A DNA stretch of 63,712 bases, filler included, from Perkinsus chesapeaki ATCC PRA-425 (taxonomy: Eukaryota > Protista > Perkinsozoa): NCBI GenBank assembly GCA_013115145.1. It is 6 parts of 6 records of this genome, joined end to end, with 100 filler letters (N's around TTAATTAATTAA, not from the genome) between each part and the next. Parts side by side here need not be neighbours in the genome. Positions count along the whole stretch, not along the records: positions 1 to 10,650 come from JAAPAO010000883.1; positions 10,751 to 23,986 come from JAAPAO010000794.1; 4 more parts are not named here. One strand, 5' to 3'. Below, piece by piece: positions 1 through 12,889 of the stretch. Both the position numbers and the translations under genes were made by a program. Each line of letters opens with the position of its first letter. The stretch's first letter is position 1. Under the pieces are notes generated by a model. That model searched no databases, was not told where the DNA came from, and worked only from the letters and a program-made list of their open reading frames with translations.

Positions 1-470
1 AGTCTACCGGAGACGCTTTTTTCGATGGTCAAAAATTGCTCCTATGGCGGACTATTGATAGGAAGTATGGTGCTCGGGCTGGAAGGAACCTCTCTTTCTG
101 GGGAAATTAGGTGTTTCCCTACAACTGCCTGAATAGTATGTTGCAGGTAGTCAAGCCATGGAGCTCGCATCATACAGGGACCTTAGCTCATGGAATATGC
201 AAGGATCAAGCTAAGATATTCAGCAGTAACGCAGCTGAAGGCCCCCCGGCACAGAGCTTCTCGGAGGTAGTCATGCGCTGTAGGATTGAACGCTCACCTT
301 TGTATTTATTAGGAACATACTTGTACAAAGGGCACTTCAACCCATTCGATGTCATCCACAATCGGCCAAGATACCGGGTCAATAAGGAAGAGATATAGCC
401 CACTGTAGACAAGCGGTCACTGCCAATCACACTGCTGCTGCCGCTGCTATTCAGCTCTTATGATGATGCT

Positions 471-758
471 GTGGTACAGGAGCTTAAGTCTTACATCCCT
501 GAGGACCCTCTCGACTTTGCTCCTCACGTGGGCATGAACGACATGTCCCTTGGCCCTGATGAGGTTGGTCGTGGTCCCTGTTCGGACCTGATCTCACCAT
601 CTCAGTTTGGCCGACCTCCGATTCTCCGAGCGGCTCTTTGGGGACGTGCTGACCTCGTGGCGGAGCTCCTTCGTTGTGGGACTGATGTGACCGAGGCTGC
701 CAGGTCGAGCTTGGCGAACGTATTGTTGCTATTTATCCGCCGTGTAGGTCTGGCATGA
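471..758 (+). CDS. Small spliced gene with a divergent ankyrin-like repeat (boundaries approximate)
   Basis: Translation FGRPPILRAALWGRADLVAELLRCGTDVTEA fits the ankyrin pattern (G-x-P-L-x-x-A...LV-x-x-LL-x-x-G-A/T-D). A close paralogous exon lies at ~3430-3520. Confidence 0.5.
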   Translation: MVQELKSYIPEDPLDFAPHVGMNDMSLGPDEVGRGPCSDLISPSQFGRPPILRAALWGRADLVAELLRCGTDVTEAARSSLANVLLLFIRRVGLA

Positions 759-1339
759 CAGCAGTGCATGCATCAGCTTTGCCTGGTAACAGTGGAGTTA
801 GGCAAGCAGTAAGCCAACCGTGGGGAATAATAGATTAAGGCTCCCTTGTCAGATTATAGATCATGTCGGCCCTACACAGTGTGATACAGAATACTCTATG
901 ATAAGCCAGAAGACCACAGGTAGGTGCAGTGATGGGATCAAGCCAGCTCATACAGCAGCAGCAGCAGCCCGTCACATGCATGCATTCAACTCGACTCAGC
1001 AAAGATATGTTTTATGCTACTGCACGGTCTGCCGCCCACGCTTAATTGCTACTAGCAATGCGCACATTATCCCCCGCAAGTATGCGATAGTTTTCATGGC
1101 ATCAATCGCCATTTACTATGGCAGACTTATTTCGTTGTAGAGCACAATTTCACCGAACCCGAGCCGCAGATTTCCTGTCCGTCGCATATGCTAGTATATG
1201 TCGCCCCTTGCTGACTCTACTAGTGCATAGATCTACCTTGGTGTCATCTCAGACCTCTGCAACCTCCTCACCCTAAAAGGTGCCTTTCACCAGACCATCT
1301 CTAGTCGTTGCGCTCGTCCGTTCCATCGAGCTATACGCC

Positions 1340-2135
1340 GCGCTCGACGGTACCAACAGCACGTTTGGGAATTTGTCAACGGCGACTCTGAAGCGGTGAT
1401 GCTGTCCATGAAGCAAGGCAGGCTGAGACACCACAGTGAGGACATCCCAGTGAGCCCTGACTCTATGGAGGTATGCAATATGGGGACAAATTGTGTGCTA
1501 ATGACTACGCTTAGGGTGGTCGAACAGCACTTCATAGAGCAGCTTGTGATGGGTCACTGAGAAAGGCCAAATTCGTCATAAACTGCGGAGCCAGCATCGA
1601 TATGCTATGCGAAGTGAGAATGGCCCTCTGTTGCTGGAAATACTACCTAATTACGCAGTTGATGTTCTCTGTTTTGACAGTTTAATTATGTGTTGAACTT
1701 TTCGTTTAGCGGATATCCCAGTCATATCTTTTGAGCTTCTACCGCTCGCTCGATGATGAATGATATCCTCTCCATTCTATTCACACCACGTCGTTTGACT
1801 CAGATAAGAGGCTGGACGGCTCTTCAGTGGGCTGTGTACTCTGGCAGCGTTCCTGTGGTGTCCTATCTCCTACAACAGGGAGCTAATATCGATGCCCAAT
1901 GCCAAGTGAGATGATGCTTTATCTCAACAGCTTGGGCTTTGACTCTCGATCTCAGTACAACGGCCATACCCCTCTGCACTTGGCGGTTCTGTACAACAAC
2001 CCTAAAGTTCTACGACTTCTGCTCGACCACAAATGTGATCTAACCAAGCAGACAACCGCTGCGTACCGAGTGCGTCGAACAGGCGGTGACGCTGCGGTCC
2101 TTGTGAGGTATTCTGCTGCCCTATTTCGGAACTAA
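1340..2135 (+). CDS. Spliced ankyrin-repeat protein (boundaries approximate)
   Basis: Exons encode GWTALQWAVYSGSVPVVSYLLQQGANIDAQCQ (~1810-1905) and NGHTPLHLAVLYNNPKVLRLLLDHKCDL (~1958-2045), separated by a short GT-AG intron. Confidence 0.75.
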
Positions 2136-3123
2136 ACAGCTGTCATTGGCTCAGGTCCGGTAGCACAGTGATGCACTATGTGATGGTACTGGAAGATCGC
2201 CAGCATCTCGCGGCTATGGTGGGCAGAACAGTGGCCGTTTTCCAACGTAGTGGATTTTTCAGATCATCCAAAATCTTAGTCGAGGCTCCTCCTCCTCCGC
2301 CTGCCCCTTCGCCCGTGATGCTAGATCTCGTGGTGAGTGGCATTGCTAGTTGAGCTCCATGATGCTTTGTTATCAGCTGTGGAGTATCTCATGGGCATTC
2401 AAGACGATACAGGGCGAACGGCAGTTGAGGCTGCAGTAGCGGTTCCACTGCAGTAGGCTATGCTGAATCGAGGCCACCTCATCACCCTCCGAATGGATTC
2501 CAATTAAGTCATGTTGCCCATTGGCCAATTCTGCTTTTGCTGTCATCCGTTGACCTATGTTGCGCTGTGGGCCTCCGCGTCACCAATTGTGAGACACTCT
2601 GCTGTTTGTTATTTATTATCAGTTTTACCTTCAATGCTATCGGCCTTATCAACGCCTAAAGCATCAGCCGCTGCCATCACTCTCATAAAGCGACAAGGCT
2701 TCTGGTAGGCGTCTGATAATAGTCGCTCAAGTCCGTTACTCCCGCTGCGGTCATCCGGCTACTTGCTAAGTGTCTCTGTACCAACATCGATGAAAACTGC
2801 CTTTCTTTGCTTCGTGCCTTTGATCACTTAAAGTGCCACCAGGTCTTCAGCATAACACAGCAAATGTACCTGTTATCGCCGCAATAGCTGTCCTTTAACC
2901 TTCTGTTCGATGGCTTTAACGATGACCTTGGCATCTCACTCGTAGGCTCCTGGCGGCGCCATTACAACTGTCCCGAGTGCATAGCCGATGCACAAAGGAT
3001 GCCGGACGAGGCTCATGCCAACGGAGGCGTAAGTTCGACCCCTCGTTCAAGCATCTCTACACCGGTCGACCGTGCGGAGATATCTTTCCTAAAGATATCC
3101 ACGAGGTAGATTGAAGGACCTCT

Positions 3124-3690
3124 GTGGATAACTATTGGTGTTGCCAGACTCTATTGAGGGTCGCGTCGGAGGTGGAATGGTGGGACAGTAGCACATCTCG
3201 GGACTTTATAGAATGCCACAAGATGCCACCTCCCGCTCAGTGCCACACCAGTGATGTTGCCGACCCCGAACAGCAGGAGGAGGTTCTCCGCCCACTTGCC
3301 TTGGTATCTCCGCTGCACTCTCTCACATTTAGGAAGCCTCTCAAGGCCATAGCAGCCCCACTATGGGCGTTGTCAATGATATTGATTCGGTACCGTCTTT
3401 CTGTGGGCCTCCTAAACAGCGGTCCTCCTCAGTGCGGCCGTCCAGCCATTCTCCGTGCCGCTCTTCATCGCCGTGCCGCTCTCGTGAAGGAGCTCCTAGC
3501 TGAAGGCGCTGATCCTACCGAGCCATCAGTCGGGTGGAGTCCCCCGGCACACTTTGGCCTTACTACTCCTTACTATCTCAGCTTGGGTGATACCGCCATT
3601 CGAGTAGCGGTGGCAGACAGCAGTAATGGCACAGCAGTCCTCGAAGCGGTCGGTTGCAGGGTCTCTCCGAATCATCCTTCTAAGTTCTGA
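3124..3690 (+). CDS. Spliced gene with a divergent ankyrin-like repeat, paralog of 471-758
   Basis: CGRPAILRAALHRRAALVKELLAEGADPTE, followed by LGDTAIRVAVADS. Boundaries approximate. Confidence 0.5.
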   Translation: MDNYWCCQTLLRVASEVEWWDSSTSRDFIECHKMPPPAQCHTSDVADPEQQEEVLRPLALVSPLHSLTFRKPLKAIAAPLWALSMILIRYRLSVGLLNSGPPQCGRPAILRAALHRRAALVKELLAEGADPTEPSVGWSPPAHFGLTTPYYLSLGDTAIRVAVADSSNGTAVLEAVGCRVSPNHPSKF

Positions 3691-3719
3691 CTTGGTCTCT
3701 GATGTTCTGCTCTGTAGAT

Positions 3720-4800
3720 ATTAGACCACGTTGCTCCGTCCGCAGTTGACATGGACTTCAAGTGTGTCGAACGAAAACGGGAAGGTGGCATCTCGAGCCT
3801 TGCTACTACATCACAGTAATTTTCCTCCTCAGCCCTAAAAGAGCTGTTGGCCGTTGAGGACCGTATTGGTATCAAGGTTTCGGACTACCGAGGGGCAGTT
3901 GAAATACAGAAGGCGATTAACCGGGCCTACGAGTACATGGTCAACATTTGCAAATTCGTGGTTGATGATGTCCCCCGAGCGGATCTCATGGTGCCCGATG
4001 ACCCGCAAGCCATCCCTGTGGCAGCCGATGTCACCGATTGGGTAGGTGTAGCCACCAGTGGAATGCACTCCTTCATGTGTAGACCGGCGAAACGGCCCTC
4101 TTCAACGCTGTAAGAAGCGGACATCTTTGGAAGGCAGAGTTCTTATTGGCCAACGGCGGCGCCACAGTCGACAAGGAAGTTTGGGTATACCATATTGCTG
4201 TGATGAACAGTCGGATGCTACCAGTTGTGTAGGGTATGACGGCACTCCACGAGGCTGTACTGATGCGGTCGGTGGATCTTATACGGCTACTATTGAAGCA
4301 TGGCGCCAATCCTAATTTAGTTGCTAAGGTAGCCGCAAGACTGCCAAATGCTACTAGGTGCCCTGGTATTAGGCAGACGGCCTGTCGTGCCTTCATGCAG
4401 CGATAGTCAGCAATGGTGGCTCGGAGATTGTCCGCTGCCTGCTGGCCAATGGTGCTGATCCTGCAGTTAGATCTGAAATCGCATATCAGATGACCGTTGA
4501 CGGGCAGCGGTATGGTATACCGTAGGCAGCTTGGGTGTTTATCGTTGCTACCACGCCACGGATCAGGTCTGGCTCCACAGCTATGCATTTCGCTATCCAG
4601 CTCCGTCGACGGGACACTGCAACACTGGTGAATACAGCAAGGCCGACCACCAATGTGTGAACTTATAAGTCAGATACTGGAGGCTATCGGCCCTCAGCCC
4701 TCCGATCGGAGCGGCGCCGTGCGAGATGATAAATCCAGGCGTACGCCTCCCTAGTCGCATAGCTGACCGTCCTCCTGTTTAGGTGTTGAGGAGCTCATGC
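3720..4800 (+). CDS. Spliced ankyrin-repeat protein (boundaries approximate)
   Basis: Exon translations AVDLIRLLLKHGANPNLVAK (~4268-4328), AIVSNGGSEIVRCLLANGADPAVRSE (~4401-4478) and SGSTAMHFAIQLRRRDTA (~4567-4620), with GT-AG introns between them. Confidence 0.65.
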
Positions 4801-5389
4801 AGATGGCGAATGACAGCGGCCTTCTGCCCGGCGGCCTCGTCGATGTTCATTGATTGCTATCTGTATAGACTTGCTTGATGGACATTATCTGTCCATGCAC
4901 ACTGTTCACTGTTTCCTGTGACCCTGTTGTTTCGTGACCGCCGTTCGTGTGCATGCGTTCATCCTAGATGCCATAACTGGAAGCATACTATATATTATCG
5001 TTGCACCAACTGTCGTGGCAGCACCGACCCTGAGGTCATTCTATGCCGGTAGCCTCGATATAGTAGACATTTCGTGGGTCTCTCTTGGTCACGGTGCCAG
5101 TGACATGGATACCGCCGTGCACGCATGCGCATAACATCTAATTGTTGCCGGTTCTTTAAGTTCCGCATAATACTCCCTTGCACGTGCGACTTTCTATGGC
5201 GTCCACTAGAAGTACCGTCTCTACTCTCAAGGCCTTCAGGCCAATAGTAGTAGATGGAGCTCTGTATAGGAGACTTTCCACTCTATCTACTGGACACCAG
5301 CGCATCAGCTTTGTTGCTGCAGCTGCTGCTGGCTCGCCTCTCTCTCACTTCCGCAGGTAGTAGCATTTTAGAGCATTATTCAACCAATC

Positions 5390-6036
5390 GGCATCCTCCG
5401 ATGACGTTCTTAGGTGCTTCAACTCCGCTGCTGCTTCTTCTTCCGAGTGTGGAATTCGTCGCGGACTAGTCGGATGGACCGATCTTGAACTTGCTGTGTC
5501 CACCGGTAACCTGTCTGAGGTTCGAAGACTAATTGCCTGCGGCGCCGACCCAAGGGCCACCAATGAAGTGATACTACTGTTATGCTAATACTTGCTCATG
5601 TGATCATCATTATCATCAGAATGGCCAGACACCGCTGCACTTTGCTGCTGTGAATGGGAACCCGAAAGTCATTGACCTACTTATCAAGGAAGGAGCTGAT
5701 CTCAATGCCGAGGACACTGTAGGGCGGTACTTACTTGTACGCTGAAGAGATGCTGCTGGTTCAGTGTGGCCGCATTCCTCTCGTCCTTGCTGTCCAACAG
5801 AAGCAGGATTCCGCAGCCAGGGCTCTCATACATTACAAGCCATCCATCAGCACAGAACAAGTGGGTTTGCTGTAACTTATGGCATGACACTCCTCTTCCA
5901 GCTGTTAAAGGCTGTTCAACTTGCCCAAAGCAACGATGACGAGAATATGCTATCGATTCTGAGGGAGGCCCCCTCAACGCCCAATCCGGACCCTAAGGAC
6001 CAAGAGTATGATTGTATGGGGATTCATATCGAGTAA
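5390..6036 (+). CDS. Spliced ankyrin-repeat protein (boundaries approximate)
   Basis: GWTDLELAVSTGNLSEVRRLIACGADPRATNE then NGQTPLHFAAVNGNPKVIDLLIKEGADLNAEDT, with flanking GT-AG junctions. Confidence 0.75.
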
Positions 6037-6235
6037 CAGCTCACCTATAAAGCATCTTGTTGAATCGCTCCATCCAGAGGCAACACTCGAGCTCCTTGGG
6101 AGCAGGAAGATGCCCACGCTAGGACCCAGGCGGCCGACTCGTCTGTCAACGCTCCGGATGTTCGCTGTGTGAGCGAGAAGCCCCAGGATAGAAAGGTGAG
6201 GGCGGGCATTGTGCCAATAGGGAGACTAGTACTAT

Positions 6236-7450
6236 CAGGAACAGCCTGCAGAGGGCTCCGACGAATTCGACATCGCTTCCCTTGAAGAAAGAAGACGAAG
6301 TACCGTCTAGCGTGCGACCGTTTCATTGCAGCGTTTTTAGATTTATTTTCACTGCTTAACGGTGGCGAAGAGTTATCCTCTGCTGAGAGAACCAGAGTCG
6401 AACGTGCCTTGGCTGAGACTGGGAAACGAATGCATGAGATTGAGAGCTTGATCCAATCGGCCATTTTTGGGCAGCTAGAGAGGATGACTGACATCGTCTG
6501 CAATCGCTCAGACCTAAATCGTATGTTATTGAACATCGATTCGACTGATGAGGTACGCAAAGCATTACTAAGACGACGCGAACTTCTGCATCTGGTTTTG
6601 CAAATATCAGCGGGCATTTTTCAGCTCGGTTGGTCTCCTCTTCATTGGGCGGCGTACAAAGGACATAATAGGGTTGCTGAATTCCTGCTCGAACATGGGG
6701 CCGATACCAACAAGCTGACTAAAAGAGTAGATTACCTTATAGTCCCACAACTTAAGAATCATTCTCAGGAGGGAGCCAGTGCGTTGGTCTGTGCTGTGGC
6801 AAGAAAAGACTCTGACGCAGCTACCCGTCTGCGTATCGTTCAAGCCCTTCTGGAGCACGGTGCCGACGTGAATGCTGCTGACGGAGTAACGACCGGGTCG
6901 CCGCTTGGAGGGTCTCGTTGTTTGGCCCTTAACTCCGCTATTGTCGTCACAATGTGAAGCATCAGCTGGTTTCAGGATGGCGAAACACCTCTCCACTTCG
7001 CAGTCGGATTTGTTGATTACGAAGTCGCTCGTGTGCTGCTCGAAAACGGTGCAGATCCCTCTATTAGAACAAGATACTCGATAACTGTTGGCGAGAACAA
7101 TTTTGCGTAAGTGCCTCCTTCATTGCTCGCAATTGAGGGAACGCCCTTTGTCAGGGCAGGAAGTACCGCCTTGCATTACGCTCATCAGCTCAGAGCTGAT
7201 AACATGATAAGGCTCGTAAGTCCCTCGCAGGCTGAAGCCGCGTAGTTGAGTGAAGCTGTCTGTTGTAGATTGCTTCATATGCTGGCTGTTCCCAAGACAT
7301 TGATCGAGAAGAAGATTATTCCCGAAGTGAGTTTAATACTTATCGACCTTCGCTGTATCAGTCAATGTGGGTGATTCAGGTACTTATCACGAAGCCAATG
7401 TAACAAGAGATAGCAATGGTCATACCCCCGTCCAGGTGCATCCTCGATGG
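6236..7450 (+). CDS. Spliced multi-ankyrin-repeat protein (boundaries approximate)
   Basis: Four successive ankyrin repeats: LGWSPLHWAAYKGHNRVAEFLLEHGADTN, EGASALVCAVARK...RIVQALLEHGADVNAADG, DGETPLHFAVGFVDYEVARVLLENGADPSIRT, AGSTALHYAHQL. Confidence 0.85.
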
Positions 7451-8069
7451 CCTTGCTATATGATTTAATAATGACTTTTGAAAATTATCGGTCAGAATGA
7501 AACCCATCTCTCTGCGTGCTGCTCGAGTTGGTGCTGACCGTTGTATTCTTCATAAGAAGCAGCTTAGCATTTATCCTCCACCCACAGTGGGATACTTTGG
7601 ACAACTACCAGTCCTGAGGACTTCAATTCTGGCAATAATCACATTATCATTCACCCCGTGTTGCGCAACTTAGTACTCGATGAAACTATCAATAGTGATA
7701 CACACGAGACCGAGATCTCTTCCAACTTTGGCGGCATTCACGGCATTCATGGACTCCACGCAATGCTCGCAACATCGATACACTTTGCGATCATGGCATG
7801 AAGCGCCAGAACTCCAGCAAACTGTCAATACGAGGGCTGATTTACTGAGAGTGAAATTGATATCTAGCTCGCTTCATTGCACTGGTTGGAGATCAACATG
7901 ACTGAAATGTATGGAGACTATAGTCCTGATAGCTTTATGACTGCATTGACAAAACCTGCAGTATCATTGTGGAGAATTAAAAGGTATTTACATACACTGT
8001 AGCGCTTACAAAGTGCTTGACAATTGGAGATCCAAGTCTCGAAAAGACTGGGAGCGTACGGCATACGGC

Positions 8070-10128
8070 TCATTTTGGGTCCTCAGGCGCTATACTATTC
8101 GACAGGCCTGTAGGAGTAAGAAACTCAGACCTACAGAGCTTATGAGTGCACTCAATACAGGGCGAGGAAGTCGGTGAGTTGATGCATTCTGAGAGGCAGT
8201 TATCTCTACCGCACTGCATCCACATGCCAAGAAGGTCAGCACAATGGTTCGTGATGGCGGGCAGATTGAAAGGAGTACGGGAAGCAGTGGTGGTATAAGC
8301 CAGCATGCATTTGGAAACTCCGTCTTTGTCGGCGAACGAGCTCTTGGAGCAAGAAACCAGCTGTTGTGAGAATTGTTGTCCATCATAATATAGAGAGCTG
8401 CCATCGTTGTTCGCAACAGACTTCCACCAACGAACTTGATCTCTAGTATTGCAACCGACACCACTCGGTGCTTTGGGTAAAGTAGTGGCAGTGAGCACAC
8501 TCGTCTGACGGTCTGACCAACCCGCCTCATTCTGAGACTGAACTTTAACAGAGTAACTTTTCTGGTTGGAGAGACCCGTAATGTCACAAAAGTTGAGACC
8601 ATCCGAAGGGGTGCATGCCACACCATTTCCATCCGACCAAACGACACGATAACCAGAAATTGCCAAGTCACAAGTGGGATTTTGGGGAGGATACCATCGG
8701 ACACTCAAACCATCTGCGAACACCGTTTGTATGGTAGGTTGGCTGGGCGGATCAGCACTGCAGTCGTTCTTGGTCTTAACCGTGATAGGGTCCGAAGCGC
8801 CTCCATCACCCTTTGAGTTAACAGCATAGACGGTAACTTGGTAGGACGTGCCTCTTGCTAAGCCTGTTACGGTTCCTCTCGACATATGACCATCGACTTC
8901 GACAGTCCTCTGATTGTCAACGGTTATTCTATATCTTAAAATCATCGCACCATTATCTTGTACCGGAGGCCATTGCAAAAGGATGGAGTTCGAGGTGATA
9001 TTACTTGCGGTAATGGCGCCCACCTGATAAGAGTGTTTGATGACGATGAGCTTCAGTGAAGCTGTTGATTAACCTTGCCGGGGACAGCTGCACTATCAGC
9101 ATCGCTCCTCATCGAATACTCCGCGGAAGAAGGGCTTGACCCAATCCCATTAAAGGCGGTAAGGGTGAAGGCAACATTCTGCTGAGGAGATAAGCCCGAT
9201 ACTGTGAACGGCTGAAAACAACCGATTCGAACCCTCGTGGTGTTCGGCTATACCGTTGTCGCATCCTCAGCTTGAATTGTCTCGGATGTCCAGTTCGTCG
9301 AGGAGCCGACCTACAATCAGAGAATTGACAAATAGTGTCTTCCAAATCTCGGAGGCGGAAGTTGATAACTCCTACCTTATATCTCATACTGTAGCTTGTA
9401 ACGTTTGATCCGTGAACAGATGCTGGGGGTACCATGATAACCGATACCGACGAAGTGGAAGTGTTGTATGCCGCAAGACCTGACAGTCATCCACTTCGTT
9501 TTACTCTCAAGTTAACCTTCTACTTACCCGGGGCGGAAGGTGGTGCAGGAGGGAGCAGCGAAGCCAAGACCGAAACCGATGGGGAACTGAGGCGTCCGTC
9601 CTCCATTTCGATTCTATATCTCACGATGAAGGAAGCTCCAGCTGTTAGACCAGCAATTTGCGCAACTACTGGAACAGACTCATAGTTGACCTTGGAATGG
9701 ACTGTCCCCCATCCATCAGTGTCAGCTAGAAAGCGCCCAGAGGCTGAGGCTGCGGGTTGACTCTCAAGCAAGAAGTACTTGGGCTTATATGTCAGAGCAG
9801 CTGCGACAGGAGAGAGGGTAACATTCACCTCGGTGTAGCCTGATGTCACTCTAGGATAGAGCAACTCGCCAAGGTCGATGACCGTCGAGGGAGATCCCTT
9901 TTTACCACCGAAAAGACCAATTTGCCATAAGACAATTAAGATAATAGCAACAGCGATGAGCGCACCAATAATACAAGCGCAGCCATAACGCATGCAACAG
10001 AAACAGTAAGGCTTAGCTCTGGTCCACCGCGATGCTTGTACTTCATCGTTCTTTTCCGAGTTGCTACACTCGTCGTCGGCGACCACTGTATTGGCTGACG
10101 AACCACCGGAAGAGAAAACCCGACCCAT
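8070..10128 (-). CDS. Type II membrane protein with four fibronectin type III domains and a Cys-rich C-terminal module
   Basis: The first exon has an N-terminal TM helix (CACIIGALIAVAIILIVLWQI) and an FN3-like region (IAGLTAGASFIVRYRIE). Middle exons splice via GT-AG to ...PFTVSGLSPQQNVAFTLTAFNGIGSSPSS. The last exon (from ~9023) has SILLQWPP...VTGLARGTSYQVTVYAVNSKGDG and LSVRWYPP...ITGLSNQKSYSVKVQSQNEAGWS. Confidence 0.85.
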
Positions 10129-10650
10129 TTATTCGAACACTCCTGTGGCCACAGTGTGATAAGGCTGTTTATTAGCTGTACCTTGTAAACGGCCCATATC
10201 ACGGTGAAAAAAAGATACAGGTTTGAAATCTAGGCAATTAGTTGCCAGACACTACAGCAAGTGCCATAAACGTGTCACCGGGCACTTGATTCAAGACTTA
10301 AGGCTGATTTAGCTGATCTAAGGCTCCATTGGATGCACGCATGAGCGAAAGGGGCAGAGGGCAGAGTGCGGCGCAGTCACGGAGTGGTAGAAGTCGTAAG
10401 CTCTACAAGCTGGTATAAATCTTATGGTCAACATCAGGCATGCTGTTTGGTAGCTACGGCTGTGTTTCAGGAGAGAGCTTCCGCATGTCAGACAACCGGA
10501 CTGGCTCTATCACATTCCTGGTGGGCGTTTATTCAAATATTGGACAGCAAGACAATACTGCTACAGAGAGGGGGGGGTGTAAAGGAGTAGACAATATGTA
10601 TCTGTTGGAGTATTTATTGGCGTAGGCTAGATCATTCTATGTGCACTAGT

Positions 10651-10750
10651 NNNNNNNNNNNNNNNNNNNNNNNNNNNNNNNNNNNNNNNNNNNNTTAATT
10701 AATTAANNNNNNNNNNNNNNNNNNNNNNNNNNNNNNNNNNNNNNNNNNNN
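10651..10750. other. Artificial assembly spacer (44 N + TTAATTAATTAA + 44 N)
   Basis: Identical 100-nt structure recurs five times in the window. TTAATTAATTAA gives stops in all six frames. Confidence 0.97.
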
Positions 10751-11211
10751 AAACGGAAATGAAACCGCGCTCGCATGAGCGAAGCGAAGTATCACAGATA
10801 TACAAACGTCATGCATCTACAAAGTACAACGTATTTCAGCGGCAGTGGTCGCTCAATTGATTCCGCCCTTTAATTTCATCTGATAATCAACATCGGCCCT
10901 GGTTGCTAGTCGACACAGTCATCACTAAATCCATTGTACAGGACGTATAAGGTTCGTGCAGTCCGAACCTGTGAAGCTACCTGTGCACTCGGTTGTGGGC
11001 TATGTCCCCCTAAGACGGGCCTATCGTGCTAATATTGTCAGTGTTCCATGTCAGCATCCCCTCCACTAGGCCATCACTGTTGCGTTTGGATGACATCCAG
11101 TTTCAATGAAGTTACTTAATCTGTGATATGCGTAGCTACGGTTGGCTGCGTGTCACGAAATGTACTTTGCATTTTCGATGTTAGTTTCTTCTTGTTGTTG
11201 TCGTTATTATT

Positions 11212-12126
11212 ATGACCGTACATGACGGTATCTGCCAAGCGCGGCCTCTGATTTGGGTTATTAATTTATTGCCGTGCTGTTTTGGAATGGTTATGGTGGT
11301 CTACGGCTTTATACTGCTCTCGAGCTATATGGCCGAACTGGTTCAAAGGTGGCGTATCTTGGTTGTCCTAGCTTCTGGAGTAATGATGACTTTATTGGCG
11401 ATATTGGCGTGTGTTGCCACTAAGCGGCGTAGCAATTGGTGCATCATTTGCACATTCTTTACGGTCTGTATGATGCTACTGGCTCTCTATGTTAGCGGGG
11501 CTATCTCAGCTACTATAGAGTACGCCAAGTGGGTGAGCATGCATTCTGAAGTGGGTCATTCGCTGCATTACGCTCCTAACGAGTGGACACCAGAGCAACG
11601 TGGAGCTGTGGTCGAGATGAGGGGCACGTTCTTTGAGATGTGGGGCGATTCTTGCACTGGGGGAAAGTGTACAGATGATGGTAAGTGTTTGGAGAGCCCT
11701 GTGAAGTTGACTGAAGTTGTATGTGAAGGCGAGAGTAGCTTAGGAAAAGCATTTACGCGTTGGCAGGACGGAGCGGAGCACGCCTCGAGGACCGCAGTGC
11801 AGCCCTACTTCACTGAGTGCAAGAATTCTACGATGCTGACTGAGCCTTATGCTAATGAGGAGCAGGTCAACTCGTGGTGTGTCAGCTTTGACACTCTTCT
11901 CTATCGAACTCAGAACTGGAATTTTTACAACATGTTCCTTATGTGGGCTCTAACAGTTGTGATGATTACAGCACTAGGGCTCAATGCTATTTATCTCTTT
12001 CATCGTCGACGGGCGATTCAGGAGGAGAAGAAGGAAGTCCTCTATGTGAGTCGGAGGGTATCTGGCTCCAACTGGTGGCTCACTCCAACGGCTCCAGGAG
12101 GAGGTAGCGTATCTCAGCCGGTGTGA
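11212..12126 (+). CDS. Intronless tetraspanin-like four-TM protein (304 aa)
   Basis: Three closely spaced N-terminal hydrophobic helices, a large Cys-containing loop (WGDSCTGGKC...C...FTEC...NSWC), a fourth helix near the C-terminus and a basic tail. Confidence 0.6.
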   Translation: MTVHDGICQARPLIWVINLLPCCFGMVMVVYGFILLSSYMAELVQRWRILVVLASGVMMTLLAILACVATKRRSNWCIICTFFTVCMMLLALYVSGAISATIEYAKWVSMHSEVGHSLHYAPNEWTPEQRGAVVEMRGTFFEMWGDSCTGGKCTDDGKCLESPVKLTEVVCEGESSLGKAFTRWQDGAEHASRTAVQPYFTECKNSTMLTEPYANEEQVNSWCVSFDTLLYRTQNWNFYNMFLMWALTVVMITALGLNAIYLFHRRRAIQEEKKEVLYVSRRVSGSNWWLTPTAPGGGSVSQPV

Positions 12127-12889
12127 AGGTTGTTAGTAATTACTGTTGTTGCTGCCCGAGTGGCACTTAAGAAGGCACTTATTATTATTGAAGTAGTTCT
12201 TTATTATAGAGGTTATCGAAACAAGCGTTGTACATAATCTCGTTACTTTTAATCGTGTATAGTTATGCTATGTGATGATAGTCGTATTAGTGATACTTTT
12301 GTAATGGAGAAGTAGGCGGCACTGTCTCACTCGAGTCAGGGTTACTTCCCCCATCCTACTTGCTCATACCCGTGAAAGTGAAGGAGGTGAAGTGGTGGCA
12401 TAGCTATATTCTTATGAAGAAAATCCGCGAGATTCTTTGAGGACAGCCATCTATTCGCTTTCTTTTCATTCGCTTCTGTAGCTCGGCCTATTTAGGCCCA
12501 CAGCAGTCGTCCCCAAGTCGTGTGTGCATAATCCTCTAATTTTGTGAATTCGCGTGTCGGTCGTCGCCTAGAGTGTGTCACCACCAAGGTTGCCCCTCAG
12601 CTGCACCGTTGGTGATCTGATAGTAGTATTTTATTATTGTGTGTATCTGATGCAAATAGATTATACTGCCCTTGTCTCTCTTGGTTTTCGCGTTATCAAT
12701 ATGGGCCTCAGTGGAATCTTACAACCGACGTCTACGGAGGCAGTGTAGATTGAGATAGGATGCCACCATGATATGGTAGTCATCTCCACAAAGCTGATCT
12801 CGCTTTGATTCATTCCAGTACTCGGCTGCTGGTGCTGCTGCTGCTGCTTTGCTGACGTTGTTGTCGTTATTGCAGTTGTTTGGTCTGTA

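Noticed and set aside
10695-10706. TTAATTAATTAA palindrome recurring five times
   Set aside because: Always centred in 44 N + 44 N. It is an artificial six-frame-stop linker, so it is not biological and gene neighbourhoods across it (e.g. RAD51 next to the LPMO-like gene) cannot be trusted.
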